A stretch of DNA of 63,975 nucleotides, counting the filler. It is 9 parts of 9 records of this genome, joined end to end, with 100 filler letters (N's around TTAATTAATTAA, not from the genome) between each part and the next. Parts side by side here need not be neighbours in the genome. Positions count along the whole stretch, not along the records: positions 9,737 to 21,842 come from SRR7504441_2705; positions 21,943 to 32,013 come from SRR7504441_2709; 7 more parts are not named here. One strand, 5' to 3'. The notes beneath the pieces were generated by a model that ran no database searches, was not told the origin of the DNA, and worked only from the letters and a program-made list of their open reading frames with translations. The position numbers and the translations under genes were made by a program. Positions within the stretch are counted from its first letter, which is position 1. Each line of letters begins with the position of its first letter. Below are positions 12,539 to 22,243 of this stretch, piece by piece.

Positions 12539-12637
12539 AGCCAGCTGTTGCTGCACTACTACGTATGCTGCAATGAACATTATCTATTAATTATTTATGG
12601 CCACGAATGGTGGTAAGCTCTAGCCTAAAATTCGTCA

Positions 12638-13146
12638 TCACGCCCTTAGTTGTTCGCCCCAAAGCCGCCAGGGATCCATCTGCCCATCAAGGTGCCTATC
12701 GGCGCTGTTCATGGTTCCAATGATCTTGAAGTTGGGCAGTAGACTGAAGGGCTCATTGGGCTGGTGCCTGAGATACACACTCAATGGTTTGTCCCCGCCT
12801 CTGCCCTCCAGCAGATAGAAGAGCTCTCCAAATACCAGAGGGGCACTTGCTCGATTCATCTCGTCCATGATGAGCACGTACTGCTTTCGGGAATCTTCTT
12901 CTGCTTCCTTGGCCAGTGCCACTACCGGGCCGTCTATGGGTTGCAGCAGTTGCCCTTGGGCTGCAAACTGTGCACATGCTGTGGCAACAGCCCGCATGAG
13001 ATCTGATTTTAGACTGTTTTCACCCATGGGTTTTGGTAGCTTTGAGACTGCATCATTTATTTCCGTGTCAGAATCCTGGATAGTTTTGATCAGAGTGTGA
13101 ACCCCCGGAGCTGATCTGCACTTGGGCGATCCGATGCTTTGGGGCG
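12638..13146 (-). pseudogene. mcrB: McrB-like AAA+ GTPase fragment
   Basis: DGPVVALAKEA...YVLIMDEMNRA...FGELFYLLE...PNFKIIGTMNSADR (Walker B plus the McrB NxxD signature). Walker A and LRRRF are absent. Confidence 0.8.
12655..13146. repeat. Perfect 11-bp inverted repeat pair bounding the McrB fragment
   Basis: CGCCCCAAAGC at 12655-12665 and GCTTTGGGGCG at 13136-13146. Confidence 0.9.
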
Positions 13147-14120
13147 CCTGCGGGGGGGACAAGAAGTATATTGTACGCGGTGGCACCGAGCTCCGCGACT
13201 CTCGCTCCGGAGAGTTCTCGTGGCTCAAGCGCCAACTCTTGGCAGACATTAACGGCTCATCTCAGCTGGGGAGGATGCAACTTGAGCGAAATGCTGATGA
13301 TGGTACGTGTACCATAAATCCCCGAAGCTATGTGGTGAACAAGACCTTGGGAGACCGAGGCAACATCCTGGTGGTCAAACCTAAAAAACAAAGAAAAAGG
13401 CCCAGAGAAGGCGATGATGAGCCCATCTTATCTCTTGGGATTGTGCAGCTGATGGCGATCTGCAAGCAGCTCTCTGAGACCGGCAGCTCACCAGCTGATA
13501 GGCTGAAGCTTAGCAAACTCGGATTGGGAGACCCGCTACCCGTTGAAGCTATTGCCGGTTGGTTCCTGAGAGAAGTGAAGCTCTTAACTAGGAGAGGCTT
13601 GCTGAAGCAATGGCGCTGTAGCAAAGCAAAAGGACAGTTCATGAGAGGAAACTTTAACTTGACGCGTCAATTCAATTCAAACCCCGAGGGGATCTTGACT
13701 GGCTACCTGAACCCAATTCACTATGACAGCATTGAGTACACCGTGGAGACGGAGGTCAACTGTCGACTGCTGGCAGCACTCAATGTGCAAATCCTCACAT
13801 ATTGCAATTTTGCGGGGGTGAAAAATGGATTGCTTGTCTATGCTGCAGGTGTGGAGAAGGTAGAACAGCCAGCTGTATATTACTCGCAGGGTTCTGAGAA
13901 GTCCCTTGTTGTCTTCACTTTCTGTGACAATCCTGCTGGATTCAACAAAGATGATTTTGTTGATTTTGAGAAGCGTATTCAAAAGCTGGCTGAACTGATC
14001 CAGACAATGGCAACATACAATCTGCAGGAAAGGTGTATCAGAAAGACTGATTTCATTAGAGATGGTCTTGATTTGAAACTCGTTGCGCCAGTTGGCATCA
14101 ATGAAAAGCAGACGAAGTAG
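13122..14120 (+). pseudogene. mcrC: McrC-like protein apparently lacking its PD-(D/E)xK core
   Basis: SYVV...ILVVKPK, RRGLLKQW, MRGNFNLTRQ and EYTVETEVNCRLLAAL, followed directly by the C-terminal QILTY...GLLVY motif. Confidence 0.7.
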
Positions 14121-14644
14121 CTTCAGGTTTTTGTCCCATGCGCACATCCGGTGACATCCCATGCTGTGGCACGGAATACTGCTTCAGTATTTCTAGACAG
14201 TCGCTGTGCCCATTGGCCTCTGCGAAATCCGCTGGTGTCTTATTAAACTTATTTTTATCTCTGAGGTTGGCTTTAAAATGCTTGACTGTTTTGTTCTGAT
14301 GCTCCTGCCTCGAGATCTCGCCAAGCTGCACAGGGCATCAAGGTTGTCTCTGACCAGCTGTTGTTAGGCCATATGCTTTCGATGAAATCTTTGACATGGT
14401 CTGTGTTTCCACCATCACCACTCGCAGCCCACCTGTTGCTATCTACCGCTTGCAAGCCTTGCAGCACGCTTGCGTATAAGCAGTGCCCTTCCCCGCAGTT
14501 GGCAAGTGTGTTGGCACCCACCTTCTCAAACAACTCCTTGTTAATGATGCCATCCTCTCCCTTCAAAGCTTCATCGAGCTCTCTGATTTGACCTCTATCG
14601 AGCTCATTGATATCTACAAGCTGCCAGCGGAATTTGCCATCTGG
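14088..14644. repeat. Imperfect 10-bp inverted repeat pair (9/10) bounding the OTU/ankyrin segment
   Basis: CCAGTTGGCA at 14088-14097 and TGCCATCTGG at 14635-14644. Confidence 0.7.
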
Positions 14645-14656
14645 ATTGAAAATCAT
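14098..14656 (-). pseudogene. Fragments: OTU-like Cys motif followed, in another frame, by a single ankyrin repeat
   Basis: NCGEGHCLYASVLQGL resembles the OTU DGxCL box. KNKFNKTPADFAEANGHSDCLEILK is an ankyrin repeat. Confidence 0.5.
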
Positions 14657-15237
14657 TATTATCGTCAGAAAAAACTAAATGGAATTGGACGGACCATCGG
14701 ATAAGAGACGTAATCGTTGAGAACTGGAAGGAAATACTACACGTTACAAAAGCAACGCACTTAGTAACGCTCCATGATGCAATCACAAAAAAACTGGATA
14801 AGGAGAACACTTATTACAATCTGATTGACATACAATCTGTTTCACTCAAGGCAAGTGACATTAGCAACTTCTTGAAGAAGAGTAAAGGCATTGACTTCGC
14901 GAGTAACCATGTCCAACGGTATTTAATTGCCGAAAATTACACAGAATCTGGTTCATTCATAAGTAGAGATCAGGCTATGAAAAACAATATGAAAAAGAAA
15001 CAGAAAAAGAGATATGAGAATCCGATCATCCCCATCCCCATAGAAAAGAACAAAAAGTACGACCCCAGCAAGCAACTTTCTTTGAAGTTCAAGATAGAAT
15101 GGTGCATGTTTGGCGACAAGGTGACACAGGATGTTGCTGACAAGATGACAAGTGACCTTCAAAAGCAATGTTTACAATTGCAAAAAGAAAGCGGCGCCTG
15201 CGACGGCGATGACAATCATAACGTCCAATACTTATGA
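14650..15237 (+). pseudogene. AT-rich ORF fragment with no plausible start, unknown family
   Basis: The frame is open from about 14650 (KSLLSSEKTKWNW...) to the stop at 15237 and contains KKKQKKR. Confidence 0.4.
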
Positions 15238-15342
15238 TGGTATTAAAACCGTTGCATAATCCATCGATCCTTTCTTTATCGCGACGCTCGACTAGTTGCG
15301 AAACAAAAGAACCAAGGTAAAAGAAACCCACGCGACAAGCAC

Positions 15343-16529
15343 TCACACTCGGCCGTCGGCAGCACCGCCATCGCCTTCGAGCTCGATTTGCAACAATGCG
15401 GCCACCTCTGCACTATACCGTCAGGCCCGGCCACCCACCCTGAACTTACTCTGCCGGCACACTGGACAGTTGGTGGTCCGGAGCCTAAAAGTGCCAGCGC
15501 ATAGCGCACACCTGCGACGTTTGTTCAGTAACCGAGCCAGCCACGCCGCACATGCACAAGTGTCGACACGGGAGCACAACTACGTCCCTCGGTTCCTGTC
15601 CGACCCTCACGCCGGGCCGAGAGTCAACGTACCTCCATGCAGATGAGGCAGTCCAGCCCGGTGTCCCGGGCGGCCTCGCCCCTGCAGCAGGATGAATCGC
15701 AATCCCTGTCTGGCAGCGGGCACCAGGGGTGTGGGCCTTCCGGCTGCAGCCCATACAACTCCTGCAGCTCGAACACGCTCTTGCCCACCTGCGATGCACC
15801 TCTTACCCCGGCTCTCCGACCCTGCACTGACCAGCAGCAGCTGTTTCACCACTCGAGCTGACCACCTCCCGTCTTTCTCTAACTCCGCCTCAGCAAACGT
15901 GAGCTGTGCCCGCGCCACACCCTGTCCAACAGACATCATCCAACGGACACTGCCCTGCCGGACCTGGGCTCGCTCGGCCTCCTCCTGCGCCTGGACCAGG
16001 ACCACCAGCGGCCACTCCCGCGCCCCCTTGGCCTCCTCGGCCGCAAGCTCGTTCACTTCAAAGCTCAGCGTCGGCTCTAACTCCACGCTGCCCACCCGCC
16101 CCTCAGCTGACCACTGCTTACAGGCCGCACCGCTGCGCGATCCCGGGGGGCATGTCCCGCGGGCTGCCCACCACCTCCCCGTCAACCCGCGGGGTCACCT
16201 GTGCACCGCCGTCGGCCCGGGCGCGGGGGGCGAGCCCCGACCTGGTCTGGGCAGCGGGCTCGGTGCCATACAGTCACGCTCGCGGCCTCGTCCAGGTCCA
16301 CATCAAACTGCAGCCGCCCCGCCCTGCCCCCCCCTTGCGGTCAGCTCAGCGGCCAGCGGCGGGGGCGGCACTCGAGCCGCAGCGTGCTCCGGCGGAGGTT
16401 GAAAGGGTTGGAGATCCGGAAACTCTGGTTGTTCCCAGCCGGCTGCTCCGCCGCCGCCCCCGCGCCCGGGGCCTCCCCGGGTGGTGCCTCCCCAGGCGGC
16501 TGGCCTCCCTGGTTCTGGGAGTTCCCCAT
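15343..16529 (-). CDS. MGRN1: MGRN1/LOG2-family RING-HC E3 ubiquitin ligase
   Basis: MGNSQ myristoylation start, ISNPFNLRRSTLRL, VVKQLLL|VG..FELQELYG, and spliced RING CLICME|EPRDVVVLPCRHLCMCALCA...CPVCRQ. Confidence 0.85.
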
Positions 16530-16608
16530 AGATCTAGATGTTGGCGCCACGGCCAAACTGAAAGACCTGAAAATTGATATAGGCACAACGGTAGTGTAGA
16601 CCCGAGCG

Positions 16609-18909
16609 ATGTCGTACGAGCACCCGGCGCTGATGGCCATCATCCAGGCCCCGACGCCGGACCTGGCGGCGGCTGCTGCCGAGATCGAGCAGCTTCGGGC
16701 CCGTCTGGCCGAGCTGGAGGCCTCACATGCCGCCATGGCCGCCGCGGCGGGCACCCGGGTCGAGGAGCTGGCCGAGCTGCAGCGCCGGCAGCGGGCCGGC
16801 TGGCGAGAGCTGACCGATGAGCTCTGGCTGGACATTCTCGGCCGGTGCGGCATGGCCGCCTTGGTGCGCGCACACGGGGCCTCCCGCGGCCTGGCCCGGC
16901 ACGTCGCGGCCGGGCGGGCGGCCCGGGTGCTGGCGCACTGCGCCGTGCCGGAGGACTTCACGTCGTTGAGGAAGGCGATCGCAGCGGCTCCGGACGGAGG
17001 GCTGGTGGCGCTGGGACCGGGCAAATGGGACCAGCCGCTGCGGCTCTGCCGGGGCGTTACGGTCAAGGGCCGAGCTGGCGCGACGGTGGCGGGGCTGTGC
17101 GAGGGGCGCGACGGGCAGCGCGGGGAGGTCAAGGGGGTGACGCTGGAGGGCGGGGTGCGGGTGCCACCCGGAGCGACGGTGCGGCTGACCGAGTGCACGG
17201 TCCGAGGCGAAGTGCTGGTGCTCGGTGTGTGCTATTATCAGTGTTAGAGCAGTAGTGTTCGGCTGCTAGCTACTCCACGATTACTGATTGCTCCGGCCAG
17301 GTGAGCGAGCGCATCTCGAAATGACCGAGTGCCGGCTCTCTGGATCCAGCGGCTACGGGCTCTGGGTGCGCGACCAGGCCACCGCGGATGTCCGCCGATG
17401 CTCGATCTGCAACCACACTAGCTCAGGCGTGGCAGTGTCCAACGGTGACCATTACCATTCAGATGTGAATCTTATTGGCTGTTAATGCTAGGAGGGGCGC
17501 CGCGGCTGGAAGGTTGTGAGATCGCTTCCAATGGTCAGAGCGGAGTTTTTGTTTACGATGGCGGAAAGGTAACAGCATGCCGGTCCAATCAGTACAATGA
17601 TGGTGGCCAGGGCGAGTTTGTGGACTGTCGAGTGCTCAGGAACACCACGGCTGGAGTGGCGATCAGCACCGAAGGCGACCCTCTGTTCACTCGCTGTGCG
17701 GTATCCGACTCGGAATCATACGGTGTGCACGCCCTTGACAAGGTCTGTTCATCTATACCTGAACCCTTGATTAACCAATGATCAGGGGCGCGGGCGGCTG
17801 GTGGAGTGCACAATCAGCCGGAATGCACTGGCCGGGCTCGGGGTCACGCAACAGGCCGATCCGCTGCTGGAAGACTGCAAGCTGCTCGACGGCAAAGAGA
17901 ACGGTGCCTTGCCTGCTAGCATCCTTCTCAATCAGTGTTTCAGGCGTGTTTGCGTTCGAGCAAGGGGCCGGCCGGCTGGTTGGATGCGAGGTGAGGTCTC
18001 TTCTCTATGCATTCTGAAGGCTGTTGGGACCAGGTGTCGGGAAGCGCTCATGCGGGCTGCGTGCTCAGCGAGGGCTCGACAACCAAGCTCGACCGGTGCA
18101 GGTGAATGCCTTATTTGGAGATTGCTTAGTTGACTGGGCGGTGCAGCATCAGCCGCAACAAGCAGTCAGGGCTGCTGGCTTACGAGGCTGGTGGTGGCAC
18201 GCTAACTGACTGCACACTGGACAGCAACGGACAAGCGGGAGTGCAGGTGATTCCCTTTGCTCGGCCCTTGTTTGATTAGGAAGTGCAGCTACTGGAAGAG
18301 AGCGCTCCGGTCCTGCAGGCTTGCACCATCAGCGACAATCAGCAGCACGGCGTGAGTGCAGAGAGCGGAGCGCTTGGGAAGTTTGGCGATTGCACCATCC
18401 AACGGAATCCGACAGCAGTGCAGCTCAAGGACAGAGCATCCCCGGAGTTTACAGATTGTCGAGTCCTGGACAGCAAAGAGTTTGGCATCCACGTCAGCGA
18501 GCAAGCCTGCGGCAAGTTTATCCGTTGCAAGATCGAGCGTTCAGGCATGGTAGGCATTGGGGTAGCCAGCAACGCAGACCCAGAGCTCACAGCCTGCGAG
18601 GTACGCGATGGGTCGGCTGTGGGTGTGTTTGTCCACAAGCAAGGCGCCGGCCTGTTTGTTCAGTGTGAAATAAGTGGGAATGCGCTGGCTGGGGTGGAGG
18701 TGCGTGAAGGCGGAGCACCACGGATGGAGCGGTGCCAAATGACTGGGACGAGGGCGGTGTTGTCCAAGGCGCTGGGCGAGGAGCTAGGAGTGGGTGTGTT
18801 GGTATGGAAGGAGGGGGGTGGGGTGTACGAGGCGTGCAAGTGTGAGGGAAATGCGAGTGCGGAGTGGGAGATCCGCGACGAGTGCACCCCGAGCATTCTT
18901 AGTGCATAA
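16609..18909 (+). CDS. F-box plus right-handed beta-helix (PbH1) protein, FBXO10/11-like architecture
   Basis: F-box WRELTDELWLDILGR...LVRAHGASR, beta-helix entry VPEDFTSLRKAI, and many C.I..N...GV repeats across multiple introns. Confidence 0.8.
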
Positions 18910-19239
18910 ATGCTTTCTCGGAAAAAGTGTCACTGGAGTAATAATTCTTGGTATTACAGCCCCTTCACCGCCTAAATAAATAGATAATTGATTGGCTAAC
19001 ATCAGAGGATTCAAAGCTCTTGACCATTTATAAGACGTTGAATTGTTGCATAACTAACTTGTCGGTAGCATGAAGAGAATTGACGAAGCTATAAAACATT
19101 TATTCGACAACTATCAGTTGATAATCAGTTGATTAGAGTTGATGTTTTGTGGAGACGCTTGAGCAACGATGTTGCCCTACCCGGTCTACGCAGTACTCTA
19201 AGAGTACTCGAAGACCTCTGTAAATTGTTGCTCCTAGGC

Positions 19240-19900
19240 CTAGGGTGATGTCACTTCCTTCCTACGCCTCTTCCTCGTGGTCCTTGTTTGCACTGGACTC
19301 GACGATGGCCGCTCATCTGGACCTGGGGCATTGAAGAATTGTCCTAGGTAGTGCTTGATAGCATCGCCCCGGCTATCTAGAAACTCACTATTCATTGCCA
19401 TATATTCCTTCTTACAGATCGCAAGAGAACACATCCTTTCGTCTTTGGTTGACGTTATCTGTGCAAATATGGTTGCCGAGCGCTCTCCAACTTTTTTTTT
19501 GTTATAGTTTGGTTTTTGTAAATATTTCTCGAATTTGTCTTGCCAACCACTATTGCTAGCCTCCCGGTTGATCTCACCTTCGAGCAAACACAAATTGTTG
19601 ATTTTGTGTTTATTCCTGTAATCCTCTGCCTGCTGCATCTCGTAGAAGTCTGTTTTCTCTCGAGGATTTCTGGGCCAGATGTGTTCGAGCTGGAATCCAT
19701 GGTGGCCTGAACTTGTCAGGCCAGATGACTTTGCAGGGTCGATCCGCAAGGCTTTCAACACGGATTCAGCTTCATGGCCCTCCTCAGCATAGTGGGCGTC
19801 TTCCCATATCTTCAGCATATAACCAAGAGGTGCATTTGAATCCCGTGTACCTCCAGTGTTTTTATACTCGACTTCTTTGCAGTTGCAGTAACCAACAGCT
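19240..19900 (-). CDS. GmrSD/SspE-type C-terminal HNH domain (DUF1524-like); 5' structure unresolved, possibly a pseudogene
   Basis: LEHIWPRNP...KINNLCLLEGEINREASNSGWQDKFEKY matches EHIxP..NLxLL..N..sN..K..Y. No DUF262 domain is visible upstream. Confidence 0.75.
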
Positions 19901-20880
19901 GAAGTACCGAACATTCTCTTGCAGCTATGTTTGCGTGGCCTGCAGGGTCTCCCTGTGGGGTGGGGTTGAGGGGCGGGACCATTTGTTCCCGTTGAGGGCT
20001 CGAATCCTCCTGCCACCCTGATCCCGGGCAGGTACAAGTGCGAGTTGACACACCCCTGGTTCGCCGGCGCTTTGGAGGGCTGAGGACATCTCCGGTGTGG
20101 CCGCAGTCTGATTGGATCGGTCGAGTGCCTCCGCCACGGCAATCTGGCTTACTGCCCTGGCGTCATCCATGCCCTGCCACCAATTTAACGTGAGATGGCG
20201 AAGCATGAGGGCCATCGGGTTACCGGCGCAGCTGAGGAGCGGGTCTGCCGGGCCTGCTTGCCAGCCCACTAGTAATGGAAGGAGCTTAGTATCTTCAGGT
20301 CAGCTTCTTCGTATCTCAATCCCTGCCACCCGAGCACGCATATCAGCGCGGCAGGCAGAGCTGGACAAGCAGCAGGATGGGCGGCCCGGGTGAGTAGAAG
20401 CAGGATTGGAGCCCCGCTGCAGGGATACAGGCACAGACTCCTGAGCCAGTTCTGCCCGAGTCCGAGGTCCCCTTTAGGCCGGCCACCAATGCCGCCCGGC
20501 CAGGGCGGAAGACTTCCACCTGGAGTGGACGGGGAGTGGAACTGTCTCGGTGTACACCGAGACCAGGACGGCGAGGGTGGGTGGGTCGGGCGGCAGATGG
20601 GGGAGGGGGGGGTAGTGGGTTTGGTTTGAAGTCACCGGGGAGCTTGGTGTCGCCCGCGATGGCGAGATGCGGCGTGATGACAGCTGGCCGTTTCCAACAG
20701 TTGGCGAGTCACTGTTGACGCACTAGATTCGATAGATCTATAATATCAATATTGATATGCTAGTCGATTACGTAGAACGGATTGGTGAATGCATGTCAAA
20801 TACATTATGTTCTACTTGCTCATGCAATGTCAATCACGCATCGACAATTGTTAATTGACACAATTCAAGTGAATTCAACA

Positions 20881-21842
20881 TCACGGCCCGGTGCAATTCT
20901 TCTTGCTAAACGCCAGGTCCCACAAGATCCTCACCGCATCTGCCGCCAGCACAGTCGGGTCTGTCAGCCCCCGGTGGATCGCGTCCCTCGCCTGCCTCCC
21001 TTCAGCCCCCCTCCCCCACACCCCACACCTGGGCCCTGGCCTTTTGAGAGCACATCGACTTCTCCCACAGCCCCAGGAACCGGCCTCCGCTCAGCTTGTT
21101 GCTCTTCTGCAACAGCTCCACCAGCAAAACCTGGCCCCTCCTCTTACCCGATATCGCCGCCTGCTGCCGGCACCCCGCGGTTGGTGGCCTTGTCCATGTC
21201 TGGGATGAGCCCGGGTCGATCCTTGTCTGTGAGCATACGATACGGGAGCAGATTCTGCAGCTGCGTGGTCATCGAGTAGTTCACGTTGAACCGAGTCGGC
21301 CCCAAGAACTGGACCAGGTTAGACCAGGCCCCGCCGAACTCGGCCTCCTGCTTGGACAGCCCAGCCAGCCCCGCCGCACACCGCTCGGTCGCCTCGAGTG
21401 TCGCAGTGTGCCCGGCCCAGTACCGGCGCATCGTCTCAGACATCAACGGACTAGCAGGGTCGGGCAGGTCGCCGGCCGTGCAGCTGTGCCCGGTCTGCTG
21501 GCCGTAACGGAAGAACTCGTGCCAGTGCTGGACCGCAGTCCAATTGGCGCAGGCCGACCCGTCGGCGCAGAACCGCTCGTCCTTTTGGCGTTGCTGGAGC
21601 TCCACCCGAGGCACCGCCCCGGCCGCGGCGGCCCCGAGGTAGGGCAGCACGGTGAAGAAGTAGTTGGCGCAAGCCCACCAGCAGCCCGGGACCATGCTTG
21701 TGTTGGCCGGGGCGGCGGTGGCATTGATGCACAGCCGGCCGGTGTACTCTTGCCAGCCGTGCTGGAGCGGCAGGCCCCAGACCGGGTTGCCGTAGTGGCC
21801 CGTGCTGTTCCAGAGGCAGTGCGGGCTCCCGTCCAGCAGCCG
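20881..21842 (-). CDS. LEG1: LEG1-family protein, 5' partial
   Basis: Motifs NPVWGLPLQHGWQEYTGRL, WWACANYFFTVLPYLGAA, YWAGH, EFGGAW, QNLLPYRML and LWEKSMC. Two introns near the 3' end. Confidence 0.85.
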
Positions 21843-21942
21843 NNNNNNNNNNNNNNNNNNNNNNNNNNNNNNNNNNNNNNNNNNNNTTAATTAATTAANN
21901 NNNNNNNNNNNNNNNNNNNNNNNNNNNNNNNNNNNNNNNNNN
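21843..21942. other. Artificial contig linker
   Basis: N44-TTAATTAATTAA-N44. Confidence 0.98.
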
Positions 21943-22243
21943 GATCCCGCCGCCCCCGATCCCGCCCCCCGCTGCTATGATCAGTCCCGCCGCACCGCAG
22001 AAGAAGCCGGCGTAGTCGGAGCCGTCCAGCGGCAGCAAGTCTTTGTGCACCTCCATGCCCCCAGAGCAGTGAGGTCAGAGCACAGTCGCACACGAGCCAC
22101 GTTCGCGGTCAGCGCAACGGCAGCGGCTGAGCGCTGCCCTCAGGCACTCAGACTGCGACAGAAGTCGAGGTCTCTCATCATCAGTGCAGCCGCCAATGCT
22201 GGGCCGAGTGCTGCCCTGAGCAGCCCAGGAGCGTGCTGCGAGC

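Noticed and set aside
12638-15237. Intact functional mcrBC operon, shufflon or transposon
   Set aside because: The genes are on opposite strands and lack catalytic motifs. No recombinase, transposase or shared recombination site is visible.
15343-18909. RING E3 and F-box genes as components of the defence cluster
   Set aside because: Both are widespread eukaryotic housekeeping-type families, and ubiquitin genes are common throughout this window.
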